From contig OX597817.1 in the NCBI GenBank assembly GCA_951406725.2, positions 79,732,001 through 79,796,000 of the forward strand: a DNA stretch of 64,000 nt, in the 5' to 3' direction. Below the pieces are notes generated by a model, which saw only the letters and a list, made by a program, of their open reading frames with translations, was not told the origin of the DNA and ran no database searches. The translations under genes were made by a program, and so were the position numbers. This DNA comes from Octopus vulgaris (lineage: Eukaryota). Shown here one piece after another: positions 1-13,377 of this stretch (position 1 is its first letter; each line of letters begins with the position of its first letter).

Positions 1-175
1 TTATATATGTATGTCATATATATTTATATATGTATGTATATATACACATACCCAAGAGATTAAATGCAATGATACATGCAATCATACATTATGTGTGTGT
101 ATGCATACATACATATATATATATATATATACATACATACACACACACATATATATATATACATACGCACACACT

Positions 176-213
<38 letters not shown>

Positions 214-474
214 CATACGCACACACTTATATATATATATATATATATACTTATATATGCATATGAACACACGTATAAACTTACATGTTATGAATTATAC
301 ATATATGTATATTTATATATATACTTATGTATAATAAGCGTGTGTATGTGCATCAGGGAGTGCACATAGGTATACACTGGTCTTTTAATTTACTTAATGA
401 TGCTGTGACATCTAAACTTTGGACCATCTATATTCAGAACAGATGAAGCTTTTCTCTCTCAGATGCACACAAAT

Positions 475-529
<55 letters not shown>

Positions 530-640
530 AATAAAGACAGAGAGAATGCTACATTAAATATAGACATATTAGCATACATAAACATATGCCTATGTATATA
601 TATGTGTGTGTGTGTCTATATATATACATATGTATATATA

Positions 641-747
<107 letters not shown>

Positions 748-749
748 TT

Positions 750-914
750 TACGAAAAAAAAACAAAAGACGAAGACAGGTGGTGTACAAAACAAACAGAT
801 GTATTAGTATAACGCTCAGGAATAGAAACAGTCTTTTATGTTTCGAGCCTACGCTCTTCTATAGAAAGGGACACAGAAAAAACAAGTAGAGAAAAAATGT
901 GTGTAACGGCTAAC

Positions 915-918
<4 letters not shown>
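750..918 (-). mobile_element. Short Penelope-type pLTR remnant with decayed minimal hammerhead (833-868), flanked by (TA)n
   Basis: Minus strand reads cttt-CTATAGA-A-GAGC-gtag-GCTC-GAAA-CA-TA-aaag. Stems I and II pair, but the CUGANGA core and the ACGU stem III are mutated. Confidence 0.5.
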
Positions 919-994
<76 letters not shown>

Positions 995-996
<2 letters not shown>

Positions 997-1290
997 AAAA
1001 TAAGCAACAAGAATGACTCTGGTAATTTGGTACAATTGTTTCGCACTACATCATTTTATTAAAAGTTGTAAGTATTACAGCAGATTTAAGATGCTGAGTG
1101 CTCATCAGCCAATTATATATTTTAATAAAATGATGTAGTGCGAAACAATTGTACCAAATTACCGGAGTCATTCTTGTTGCTTGTTTTTTATTATAATCAC
1201 CCCGTAAATTTTTATGGATAACACCATACAAAATTCTGGTGCATCTAAATTAAGTACCATATTCATTTGAATCCAAATTCTTGCTGAACT
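995..1290. mobile_element. Inverted (fold-back) Penelope-type pLTR cassette inserted in (TA)n
   Basis: About 70-bp near-perfect inverted arms at 996-1064 and 1120-1189. Left part carries a complete HHR, the right arm only its 3' half plus a unique extension. TA repeats flank both sides. Confidence 0.75.
1024..1114 (-). ncRNA. Type I hammerhead ribozyme, intact core
   Basis: Minus strand: aattgg-CTGATGA-GCACT...AGTGC-GAAA-CAATTG-TA-ccaaatt. Stem I ttgg/ccaa, stem II GCACT/AGTGC, palindromic stem III ACAATTGT, GUA cleavage triplet. Confidence 0.85.
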
Positions 1291-1349
<59 letters not shown>

Positions 1350-1469
1350 TTGTATATATACACATCTTTTCTTCTGTCTTTCACTTTTACTGGTTTCAGC
1401 AAGAATTTGAAGCCATGCTAGAACCCTGCATATCATTGTGATTAGGTTTCCTTTCTGTACTGTTTCTGG

Positions 1470-1688
1470 CGAAGTAACAAGTTGGACAGAAGTGCTCTTC
1501 TTTCTGCCTGGTGCCAAGATTTAGGTTCATCTTGTATCTCAAATATAAAATTTTCCAGACCCTCTTTGAAGCTCTCCACAACTAGACCTTGCAAATATTT
1601 GAGGCCATTTGGCAGAATGTTGAATAGTTGTAGACTCTTGGTACCCAATATGTTGCAGTACTGTCCAGTCTGGTGGTCAGCATAATTT
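1470..1688 (-). mobile_element. CR1/L2-group LINE ORF2 C-terminal fragment
   Basis: Translation LGTKSLQLFNILPNGLKYLQGLVVESFKEGLENFIFEIQDEP resembles the recalled GPxLFNxLP...FKxxLDxFLxxIPDEP C-terminus of invertebrate CR1-like RT proteins. Confidence 0.6.
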
Positions 1689-1714
1689 TCAGTTCCACAT
1701 ATGTGTATGTGTGT

Positions 1715-1806
<92 letters not shown>

Positions 1807-1964
1807 TATCTTTGACTCTGTCTATTTGTCTTTCTTTCCCTTTGAATCTCTTTCTTGCTCTCGCTCTCTCGCTGTTTCTTTCTATATTTCTGTATATATA
1901 TATATATATATATGTGCGTGGAGGGTGTATGTATGTGTGAGGGTGTGTGGGTGTGGGTGTGAGT

Positions 1965-2279
1965 ATTGTGATACCCTTGCCGGTGGCACATAAAAAGCAC
2001 CATCCAAACGTGGCCGATGCCAGCGCTGCCTTGACTGGCTTCCGTGCCGGTGGCACGTAAAGAACACCAATCGATCATGGCTGTTGCCAGCCTCCTCTGA
2101 CCCCTGTGCTGGTGGCACGTAAACAGCGCCCACTACACTCACGGAATGGTTGGCGTTAGGAAGGGCATCCAGCTGTAGAAACTCTGCCAGATCAGACTGG
2201 AGCCTGGTGCAGCCTCCTGGCTTCACAGACCCCGGTCGAACCGTCCAACCCATGCCAGCATGGGAAACGGACGTTAAAC

Positions 2280-2312
<33 letters not shown>
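1965..2312 (+). mobile_element. 3' UTR of RTE-type LINE (or derived SINE) with (GAT)n tail
   Basis: Three tandem gtgccggtggcac(g/a)taaa units, then a segment matching 59935-60125, which follows an RTE ORF end. Ends in (GAT)n followed by (GAA)n to about 2398. Confidence 0.75.
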
Positions 2313-2315
<3 letters not shown>

Positions 2316-2702
2316 GAAGAAGAAGAAGAAGAAGAAGAAGAAGAAGAAGAAGAAGAAGAAGAAGAAGAAGAAGAAGAAGAAGAAGAAGAAGAAGAAGACA
2401 TGAAGCAAACTTTAGGTTCATTAAAATATGCTTGTGAAATATTTCAACTTCTAAAGACAAATTCACTAGTTATCATGATGAAAAAAGTTCTAGCTCTTTA
2501 GTCATAATCAACGGGGAATAGCCTTAGCTTTAACTAAAACACGATGAAGAGCATTGACTGACTTGTCCCATTAGACTGCCAGGTCAAAGAAATGACAGCA
2601 ATATCAGCACCAAACAGTGTTTAAGTATAAGCGAACATTAGGTGAGTTAAAATATGCTTCTGACATATTTAAACTTTTAAAAGCAAATTCTTTACAGTTA
2701 CT

Positions 2703-3073
2703 TTTTTACTTTTTTCAGTCATTTGACAGTGGCCATGCTGGGGCACCACCTTTTGTCGAGGAAATCGACCCATAGTACTTATTCTATCCGTCTCTTTTGC
2801 CGAACCGCTAAGTTACGCGGACGTAAACACACCAGCATCGGTTGTCAAGCGATGTTGGGTGGGGGGAGACAAACACACACATACACATATATATATATAC
2901 ATATATATGACGGGCTTCTTTCAGTGTCCGTCTACCAAATCCACTCGCAAGGCTTTGGTTGGCCTGAGGTTATAGTAGAAGACACTTGCACAAGGTGCCA
3001 CGCAGTGGGACTGAACCCGGAACAATGTGGTTGGTAAGCAAGCTACTTACCACACAGCCACTTTTGTGCCTGC
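2703..3073 (-). mobile_element. tRNA-derived SINE family A, full length, with 9-bp TSD
   Basis: Matches other family A copies (head tggctgtgtggtaag...gggttcagtccc, internal TA/TG tract, 3' tail). acagttact is repeated at 2694-2702 and 3074-3082. Confidence 0.85.
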
Positions 3074-3334
3074 ACAGTTACTGTGGAGAAAAAATTCTCT
3101 TTTATGGTAGAAAAGTCTTAAAACACCATATCTGTCCAATGCTGCCCCCTGTCGGATTTACAGATGCATTTCTAATTCTTTAGTCGTACTCAATGGGAAA
3201 TATCCGAAAGAGGCAACTTTCAGTTGGCAATCCCACTCATTGTATACCGAGTGGATGTAATGGCACTCAGAGCATTTTGAATCAATACATGTACATTGCT
3301 CTACTTCGTTCTAGACAGGATAAGTGGACACAAA

Positions 3335-3790
3335 TACGATGGTGAAGAAGCTGATGATACTGATACTGATGATGATGATGATGATGATGATGATGGTAGC
3401 GGTGTTGGTGGTGGTGGTGGTGGTGGTGGTGGTGATGAGGAGGAGGAGGAGGGGGGCAGCAGGAATCTGAAAATTTTTGAACAAAAGATGATGAATCTGA
3501 TAGTGGTGACTGATAATGCTTGCTGATTGATGATTAAAAAACGAGAGTTAGATCACAATGGAGATGATTATGATGAAGAGGAAGAGAAGGAGGAAGAAGA
3601 GGAGGTGGTGGTGGTCGCGGAGGAGGGTATTTGTGGTAGTGGTCGTGGTGGTGCAGTGGTGGAAATGATTATGATGATGATGATGATCATCATCATCACT
3701 ATAATCGTGATCGTGATACTGATGATGGTGATGATGATGATGATGATGATGACGACGACGACGACGACAACGACGACGAAGGGGGATGTC

Positions 3791-3824
<34 letters not shown>

Positions 3825-3870
3825 GACGATGTGCCAGAAACCGAAGTCATGATGTCGACAATAATGACGA
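3335..3870. repeat. Degenerate (GAT/GGT/GAG/GAC)n low-complexity tract
   Basis: Mixed trinucleotide runs with stops or frame switches in the acidic frame. Confidence 0.8.
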
Positions 3871-4289
3871 TCAGAATCATCTCATTCTTGAGAACCATTG
3901 AAGTTCTTCTCAGTTTTTCAACCAGAGTCAGTATCAAAGTCACAACCCTTCTTTAACCCTTGTTCATTGAAAGGATTATTGAAGATTTATCCAAACCAGA
4001 AAACTCTATTCATCATTATACACTAAAGATAAATCTATCAACATTTACATCAAGAAAATCAACAAATTAGCTTCAACCTGATCACACGATCTGCAAGAAA
4101 TAGCAGCTAAATCTTTGGGTTTTTTTTTTTACATATCTATGCTTACATCACTGCTTGCATTCTTTCTTCCATTTAGGTGTGAATGACGGTTTTGGTATTT
4201 CTATGTAAATGAGTGATCACACAGACAGTCTCTCAATAGCTCATACACACATGCACACACATGCATGCACGCATGCACACATATATGTA

Positions 4290-4690
4290 TCAGTGTGGGT
4301 GTGTTTATATACCCATAACCTTAGTGTTTTGGTAAAGGAGACCATTAAAATAGGAGCCAGGATTTAAAAAATAAGTCCTGGGGTCAATTTGATTTCTAAT
4401 TTCTTCTTTACTTGTTTATTGATACTGAACCATTCTCTATTCTTGTCTTGTAATTCCCAGGCTTGTGGTAAATTCATTAATGATAATTACATTACGAAGA
4501 AAGAAAATTCCAAGAAATCCCCTGAACTTTTGGCCAGATAGTGTGACAAAAGAGACTGATAAAATAAGTACTAGGTTTACAAAGAATAAGTCCTGGGGTC
4601 AATTTGTTCAACTAAAACCCTTCAAGGCAGTGCCCCAGCATGGCCACAGTGAAATGATTGAAACAGGTAAAAGATAAAAGATAAAAGGTA
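4290..4690 (+). mobile_element. Two 3' fragments of SINE family A
   Basis: ataagtcctggggtcaattt at about 4371 and 4586; the second continues to cagcatggccacagt...aaaagataaaag. Confidence 0.65.
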
Positions 4691-5035
4691 TTAATGTTTG
4701 TTGTAATATCAACTTAAACATAAAAATAATTTCACATTAAGCTGAAAGATTACTGAATGTTTTTAGTTAAGAACATGTGTATTAAATTTTTATTCAAGGA
4801 AATGGTTGACAGTGACTTCGGAGTTCTGGCTTGCTCACCTTCATCCGACTGTCATTGTCAAGTTCCAACAATACCAAAACACATCTGACATTCTCAAAAG
4901 TTAGTGCTGGGAAGATATTCACCTCATGCCGAAATATATTGTGTTTTTAAAATAACATCTATGAAGAGGTTTTATCTTAGACAATTATCACAGCATCATG
5001 CCTTTCAATGTGATTTTTGTCTGAGAGAAAATCAT

Positions 5036-5435
5036 TGGAGTGGCTGCGTGGTAAGTAGTTTGCTTACCAACCACAAGGTTCCGGGTTCATTCCCACTGTG
5101 TGGCACCTTGGGCAAGTGTCTTCTACTATAGCCTCAGGCCAACCAAAGCCTTGTGAGTGGATTTGGTAGACGGAAACTGAAAGAAGCCTGTCGTATATAT
5201 GGATATGTATGTATGTGTGTGTATATGTTTGTGTGTCTGTGATTGTCCCCCAACATCACTAAACAATCGATGCTGATGTGTTTATGTCCCCGTAACTTAG
5301 CGGCTCAGCAAAAGAGACCGATAGAATAAGTACTAGGCTTACAAAGAATAAGTCCTGGGGGCGATTTGTTCGACTAAAAGTGGTGCTCCAGCATAGCCGC
5401 AGTCAAATGATTGAAACAAGTAATAGAGTAAAAGA
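5036..5435 (+). mobile_element. SINE family A, near full length
   Basis: A-box-like tggctgcgtgg, B-box-like gggttcattccc, conserved body and agagtaaaag tail. Confidence 0.85.
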
Positions 5436-7507
5436 ATATGTGTGCATATGTGCATTCAAATGACAGGCCAATCAGCAGAACTGAAGCAGAGTATTACCCT
5501 GTAGCAGGAGAATACTTTAATAAAGTTTGAACTCATGTCTGCATTGTAAGCAGTACCATACCACTGTGTTATTCTAGTAATGAGGCTATTCAAAAATCTA
5601 AAATTTAGTGTTACTCTTGTCTTCAGTTTTCGCATTCTCTAAACTGATTAGAACCTTCCCACACTTAAACTGTATGAAAGAAACATAATAGACAGCCTTT
5701 GCACAACCATTGTCATTTAATGTTTTACATTTTATTGTAAAGAAAAACTATGACTTTTATAAAAATCGTTATTTGAAGCTTGCCTTAAAATCTTTGCAGC
5801 CTACTGTTTTGTTTTGTTGTTTTTTCTTTTTAAATTTTGATTTTGGTTTGAGAGAATTTGTTTTTTCAGAATTTTGATAATTATTTTTGTTGATAAAATT
5901 TGATGATATTTGTAATTTTTCTTTATATCTACTTTATTTTATGCATTTAAAAGAACTTTATTATCTTCTTTGTTTATTTTTTTTTTCTTCTTACACTCTC
6001 TATGTGTCTTGCCATTACTTTTCTATTAGAGTTCTTGAAAGAAAAATTCTCAATTTGCCAAACTTTAAGAACTGTGTGTTCATATATGCATGTTTGTCTA
6101 TATGCCCTTGTATATACATGTATGTATGTGTCTGTAACATTTTATACATGTATATGCTTCATCTTTTTCTTGTATTTTCTTTCTCCTCATTTATTTTTCC
6201 TTCTTTTACATCTCCTTCTTCATTGTCTTCTCTCTTTTCCATATTTCATATTTCCAACAGCAAGTTATGATGCATATTCACCCCATGATTTTGGTTGGAT
6301 AATTAGAGACTAAATAGTTCTTGTTAAAAGGCTTGTTTAATTACGAGATAATTGTGCACTTGTCACAATCTCAGAAACTTTTAATCAGAAATAACTAATC
6401 ATCTTTATTTTATCAACAGAAAAGTTAGTGACAGAGAGAATTTGCAAGAAAATTAGTTTGCCCAGCCCTCTACTTTTCATTTCTACATTGCAAAGAAATG
6501 TAACAGAAGTAGGAGAAAAACGAATGCAAGAATCAGAATAGTTTTCCTACTGTCTTTTGGATAAATTATTATATTTTAATTTTTAAATATTGTGGAATTT
6601 TTATGCTTTAGATTTGGTTATGGGGTTTTGGAAGTATGGTCTTGTACTATAGACACAGTTTCACAGCAAATTCAGTCACTACTGAGTCTGTGGTGAAACT
6701 GGGTTTAAAATACTGTTGAAAACAAATTAACTGCAGCCCTAATCTTATCATTGGCCCCATGCCACATGCAAAAACATTAGGTTTTCAATACTTTCAGACC
6801 TATCATCAAAAGTGTTTTTACTGTGACCATCAAATTTTTTTTCTATATTTAGAAAGAGATTTTTCAATGCATTCTTTATGTCTTTAGGATACTGGAGTAT
6901 TATTTTAATGGAAATTGGTTGATAATTGTAACACATCAATCAAACACATAGAGATTCTATATCTTTAGAATGTATTAATTACAGTAGCTTTATATGCCCA
7001 GCATGGGAAGGGCAGTATGAAGATAAACCTACATAATAGGCATACAAACATGTTAAATTTACCTACTCCTTCATCTGTAGACTGAAAAAATTATGGAAAA
7101 CCTGGAATGATTCTTTACTCTTTTGAGAGTCTCATCAGATGCATCTCCATCACTTAATCAATCTCATATGCATTCAGGAATTTTGTATACTTCAAAGAAC
7201 TACATCATCAAGAACAATAAGACTGAAAAGAACCACTAACTAGGGGTTTCATTGGCTAGAAATAATGGACAAATCTCTTTTTTGTATATGACTTTTATTA
7301 GCATAAATAAAAAAGACTTCACTGGACAATGTTGGCCCCTAAGTAAAAAGCATACAAATAGATAGGGTAATCATAGGTGGAACATCTGTGAACATAAACC
7401 TGTTCAAAAGCAGCTTACCTGATACTTAGCAACAATAATAACAACAATAATTTAAACATTAGTTTATCACTATGTAAATGAGAAATCGTTAAGATATTTT
7501 TCAGCAA

Positions 7508-7678
7508 GGCGTAGGAGTGGCTGTGTGGTTAGTAACTTGCTTATGAACCACATGGTTCCAGGTTTAGTCCCACTGCATGGCACCTTGGGCAAGTGCCTTC
7601 TACTATAGCCTCAGGTCAACCAAAGCCTTGTTAGTGGATTTGGTAGATGGAAACTGAAAGAAGCCCGTCATATATATG

Positions 7679-7727
<49 letters not shown>

Positions 7728-7947
7728 GTGTATGTACTTGTGTGTCTATGTTTGTCCCCCCAACATCACTTGACAACCGATGCTGGTGAGTTTACATCTC
7801 CATAACTTAGCAGTTCAGCTAAAGAGACAGATAGAATAAGTACTAGGCTTACAAAGAATAAGTCCTGGGGTCGATTTGCTCGACTAAAAAGGCTGTGCTC
7901 CAGCATGGCTACAGTCAAATGACTGAAGCAAGTAAAAGAGAGTAAAG
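7508..7947 (+). mobile_element. SINE family A, full length, CpG-decayed
   Basis: Same consensus with an expanded internal (TA)n and many CpG to TpG/CpA changes. Confidence 0.85.
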
Positions 7948-8345
7948 ATTCATTTAGACACCGACTGTCTCTTTCTCATTTTCTCCTTCTTTTTCTCTCA
8001 CTCTTGCCATCATAAGAGTTTATCAAATGATGTCTTTCAATAAGATTTCTATGAATACACTCTATCTATTTACACAGTTCCAAAAGGTGACAAATGAAAA
8101 CTAACAATTACATTAAACTGGAGAATTGGCAAATATGAGACACACAGACAGTCAATGTGTTTAATAGTTCTTGTAGAAAGAACTGATTCAATTATTTGCT
8201 GTGTGATGAAGTTAGTAATCCTAAAGACATATTCATCAGACTAAATATCTTGCTGCATTTGGTCCAGTTCTTTAGATACTAAGTTCAAATCTGGTCAAGA
8301 TCAACTTTGCTGTTGATTCTTTTTGAGGTTCATATATTGAAATAC

Positions 8346-8743
8346 TCTCTTTACTCTTTTACTCTTTTACTTGTTTCAGTCATTTGACTGTGGCCATGCT
8401 GGAGCACTGCCTTTAGTCGAGCAAATCAACCCCAGGACTTATTCTTTGTAAGCCTAGTACTTATTCTATTGGTCTCTTTTGCCGAACCACTAAGTTACGG
8501 GGATGTAAATACACCAGCATTGGTTATCAAGCGATGTTGGGGGACAAACACAGACACACATATATATACATATACATATACGACAGGCTTCTTTCAGTTT
8601 CTGTCTACCAAATCCACTCACAAGGCTTTGGTCGGCCCGAGGCTAGAGTAGAAGACACTTGCCCAAGGTGTCACGCAGTGGGACTGAACCCGTAACTATG
8701 TGGTTTGTAAGCAAGCTACTTACCACACAGCCACTCATGCACC
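8346..8743 (-). mobile_element. SINE family A, full length
   Basis: Reverse complement of the 7508-7947 copy, lying about 400 bp from it. Confidence 0.85.
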
Positions 8744-8764
8744 TTTATCAATAAGGTTATTGAA

Positions 8765-9150
8765 AAGATGAAATAGTTAGAGCATTGAGCAAACTGCATT
8801 ACAACATTTGGTTTGGCATTTGATGTTGAAGTCAAATCTTGACTTAGTGTTCATTCTCTTTGGAGTAGTAAATTAGTGTATTGAGAAGGGTGTTCGAATG
8901 ATGGAATCGTCAGAGAATTGGACAAAATACATTATAGTATTTGTTCTGGCACTTAATGTTGAGGTCAAATCTTGACTTTGTTAACATTCGTGTTCATTCT
9001 TTCTAGACTGATAAATAAGGGTGTTGGAATGATGGAACTTTTAGAACATTAAACAAAATACAGTGAGGTGTGTACTCTGGTATTTCACATTCTGAGTTCA
9101 AATCTTGACATGGTCACCTTGGCTTTTATATTCCTGGAGTCAGGAAGGTG
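8765..9150 (+). repeat. Three decayed ~130-bp tandem units resembling SINE family B
   Basis: Recurrent agaacattgxacaaaatac...tcaaatcttgac at about 8780, 8912 and 9043. Confidence 0.5.
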
Positions 9151-9169
9151 GAGTATCATATTTATCAGA

Positions 9170-9520
9170 ATGTGTTTCTCATTAAATTCATTATCTGCTA
9201 GTTTCTAATATTAGAATCTGCAGACTTCAGATGTTATAAATAAGGTTAACACCAGACAAGCATTTGTGTTCTTAGAAGAAAAAAACCCCACATATTCCAT
9301 CATATTCCATCATGGGCTGATAAAATAGCCATTTCTGGTCACTGAATCAAAATATATGTGCATTGACCAAAGGGAAAGTAAAGGAAATGGAATGGTTTGT
9401 TGTGCAAAAGCAAAAAGAAGTAAAGGCAAAATAAAATGGTTTTTTTTTATCTGCAGGCTAAAATACACAGCTTCTTGTTCCCATTACATATGTACACACA
9501 AAGCCACACACATATCTATA
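9170..9520. repeat. Local duplication, copy 1 (copy 2 at 12420-12790)
   Basis: Shared blocks such as ctcattaaattcatta, cagacttcagatgttataaataa, aaatagccatttctggtca, ttgaccaaagggaaa and agtaaaggaaatggaatggtt. Confidence 0.85.
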
Positions 9521-10501
9521 TTCATGGATACATATTATATACCAGTCCAGAAATTTGGAAATTTCTGAAAATGTTAGGGTATTGGACAAAATATTTTGTG
9601 GTATTTGCTTGGGCTCTCATGTTTTAAGTGCTGAGTCAGTTGTTGCAAAATTGTATCTAGCTGAAAATATAACCAAAAGAATGCAATAGGCAACTGCCTT
9701 TATATTCTCCCCTAAAAATTCTTTAACAAGCACAAAGCCATTGTCAATGTTGTCAGAATTATTTAAGTGATTTTGCTGTATGGTGTTCACCTAAATTTTA
9801 TCACTCATTTATTGACATTATTTGCACCAATGTGTTTGTTGTTTACTAAAAGATGAAGTTTTAGAATACTAGAACCATCAAAAAGAATCAAAACCAGTCA
9901 TATCTGTATTCTTACATTACCAAAGTTTATTGGACTAGGAAAAAGACTTATAATATTTGAAAACTAATAGAATATTCAAGTGAATGTTTTGTAGTGTAAA
10001 GTTTGTTTTGTTTTGAGATCAATATTGAAACTATATGATTGCAATGTAAGCAAGTTAACCACACAGACATATCTGGACCAAATTTTGAGAAATAAAATGA
10101 GTTATGAAAATCCAAAGTACTTTGCAGTAGATGTAGAAAAGATAGGCAGAAGAAATATAATATCTATGAGCCAGTGGCTGCAGTTGTGTTAGGCTGTGTG
10201 ACTTTCTCCAACAGCAGAATAACAAGACTATTATGTGTAAGAACAGTATTATCACAAGTATGTGGAGCATACCCATGATTCATACATATGTACAGGCACA
10301 TATTATACACACACATGCATATACATACATATATGTATATGTATTTATGCCTGTGTGCATATATGTGAATATGTACATATATATTTATATGTATGTATAT
10401 ATCATTATCATTATTATTATTATCAAAGCTGCTGCAAAAAATCACAAAAAATCTGCCACTCAGAGTTTCACATTCCTATTCATCGGACAGTTGTGATTAT
10501 A

Positions 10502-11300
10502 GAGGCACACGCTTAGTTGTGGTGGTTAAGGAGGTTGCTTTGGGTTCAATCCCAATGTGCAGTTCCTTGTGCAAGTGTCTTTTATAAACCCAGGCTGACC
10601 AATGCTTGATAGTGAATTTGGTAAACAGAAATTATGTGGAAACCCATCTTATATGCATATGCGTGTGTGTATGTGTGTATGGCTTTGTGCTTTTTTCCCT
10701 TTGTCCACACACATATTATTGGTTGGTTTACATCCTCACCACCTAACAGTTCAGCAAAAAAGCAATCTATTTAGTAGCAGACTTTAAAATGTGTACTGGG
10801 ATCAACATGTTGAGCTAAACAATTTAAGGCAGTGCTACAGCATGGCCGCAATCCAAAATGACTAAAACATGTAAAAGTCAAAAGATATATGTGTACAGGT
10901 GCAGGCGTGGCTGTGTGATAAGAAGCTTGCTTCCCAACCACATAGTTCCAGGTTCAGTCCCACTGTGTGGCACCTTGGACTATACTATAGCCTCGGACTG
11001 ATCAAAGCCTTGCGAGTGGATTTGGTTGATAGAAACTGAAAGAATCCTGTCGTATATATATGTATATATCTATGTGTGTGTATTTTTATGTCTGTGTTTG
11101 TCCCCCACCAGCCCATCCAAGTGTTTGAAAACCGGTGTTGGTGTGTTTATTCCCCATAACTTAGTGGTTCAACCTAAGACACAGACAGAATAAGTACTAG
11201 GCTGATGTTGATTTGTTTGAATAAAATCTTTCAAGGTGGTGCCCCAGCATGGCCGAAGTCAAATGACTGACACAAGTAAAAGAATAACAGAATAAAAGAA
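10502..11300 (+). mobile_element. Two adjacent diverged SINE family A copies (about 10502-10885 and 10898-11300)
   Basis: Both show the head, gcaagtgtctt/tactatagcc body motifs and the cagcatggcc...aaatgact tail. Confidence 0.75.
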
Positions 11301-11612
11301 TACATGTGTGTGTGAGTATGTTTCTGCATGTGTGTATATGCATATATGTGCGTTCATGTATGTGCATTTATGTGGGTGTACATACATGCATGCAGCCAGT
11401 AGTTAAGTCATTTTATGTATATCAAAATAAAAGTAGATACTTATATAACTAATTCCTTATGTGTACATACCTATATCTTATAAGGTATTACTCCACCCAC
11501 TCATCTTCATAGCTCTGTAGTCAATACAAGTAATTACAACCCAATATTTTATACTAACACACATATTCTGTGGCTACACCTCTATACTTTAAAAACATTA
11601 TGCAGGCAGAAC

Positions 11613-11659
<47 letters not shown>

Positions 11660-11661
<2 letters not shown>

Positions 11662-11950
11662 AAAATTTCTTGCGTAATGAGGTAAAAAACTAAGGCTGTG
11701 TAGATTTTAAAACATTTATAGACAGAAGGTCTTACAGCTGTTTCCAGGTTATTTAATTATATCCCTTCATAGGAGACGATGTGAGAGGATGGTTAAGTAA
11801 TAGTTAATTTAGATAAAATACAAAATAGAGAATGAGGGGACGAAAGAAAATAGATGTGAGATGTGTAGGGATATTGAATTTTTACATCCATTTTTTAGGC
11901 AGAATGGTATACATGTAAGATTCCAATGCCTTATGAGTAAAATTCAAAAT
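11660..11950 (-). mobile_element. Penelope-type pLTR remnant in (TA)n with mutated hammerhead (11729-11777)
   Basis: Minus strand: gtct-CCTATGA-aggg...cctg-GAAA-CAGCTG-TA-agac. Stem I and palindromic stem III are intact; the core CTGATGA is altered. Confidence 0.6.
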
Positions 11951-12067
11951 ATATACATATATATATAGGATATATACATATATATATGTATATATATACA
12001 TATATATATACATATATATATATATATACATACATATATATATACATATATACATATACATATACAC

Positions 12068-12101
<34 letters not shown>

Positions 12102-12419
12102 GCTTGTATGTATGTAAAGAATACCAGTATTATACTAGGGATGTTTCAATTCAATCAACAAACATCACTCAGACATAGGATTTGTTCATAATCAAAAGAA
12201 ATCAATAATATTTGATTGTTAGTTACTACATACAAAAGCACTTTTGCTGTTTTATTCATTTTTATTTTGTATTTATACTTCTACTTCATGTTGTTCTCAT
12301 TTCATTTTGTTTCGCTTTTTTTTTGTTTGTTTTCTTTTTGCTATTTTAGCAGTGGGGAAAATTGGTGGAGATGGGTGGCTTTATTTTATTCATTTATTTA
12401 TTTATTTATTTTTGTCACA

Positions 12420-12790
12420 ATGCGTCTCTCATTAAATTCATTACTTGCTAGCTTCCGATATTAGAATCCACAGACTTCAGATGTTATAAATAATATTAAA
12501 GCCAGACAAAGCATTTGTGTTCCTGGAAGAAAAAAAAACACATACACACATATTCCATCATATTGGAATGGACTGATGAAATAGCCATTTCTGGTCAGCT
12601 AACCAAAATATATGTGTATTGACCAAAGGGAAACATTTAGTAAAGGAAATGGAATGGTTCATTGTCCAAGAACAAAAAGGAATAAAAGTAAAGGAAAAAA
12701 AACAAACTATGGTTTATATTCTTATCTGCATGCAAAAATACACGACTATTTTTTCTCATTACACATGTGTGCACAGAAAACAGGCACACA
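12420..12790. repeat. Local duplication, copy 2 of 9170-9520
   Basis: Same orientation, colinear with small indels. Confidence 0.85.
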
Positions 12791-12834
12791 CATGCACGCT
12801 TGCAGGTACACACATGCAAACACACATACACACT

Positions 12835-12866
<32 letters not shown>

Positions 12867-12945
12867 AACACACAGAGACACTTATACATACATACATATA
12901 TACATGTTTGTGTGGAGAGATATAACATATATATATGTATGTATA

Positions 12946-13006
<61 letters not shown>

Positions 13007-13199
13007 ATATATGCTATATATATATACATATACATATATATTTATATATACATACCTACTGATATATATTCATATATATACACATATTGACTCTTCCATG
13101 CATACATTCTTACAAACCACAGAGAGAGAGAGAGAGAGGCACACACACACATATTATATATACACACTGCACATATGTATATATATATATATATATATG

Positions 13200-13239
<40 letters not shown>

Positions 13240-13310
13240 CATATGTATACATGTATATGCATGCATTGCATGTATGTGTGTTTGTGTATGTTTGTGTGTG
13301 TGTTTGTGTA

Positions 13311-13377
<67 letters not shown>

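Noticed and set aside
3296-3943. Acidic or His-rich ORFs suggesting a biomineral or metal-binding protein
   Set aside because: Degenerate trinucleotide tract with stops and frame switches; similar tracts recur at 25.2, 28.6 and 61.6 kb.
7105-7145. CTGATGA plus hairpin on the minus strand as a hammerhead
   Set aside because: No GAAA after stem II and no stem I or III pairing.
9357-9380. gtgcattg start resembling miR-33
   Set aside because: The rest does not match, the paralogous copy reads gtgtattg, and there is no proper pre-miRNA stem.
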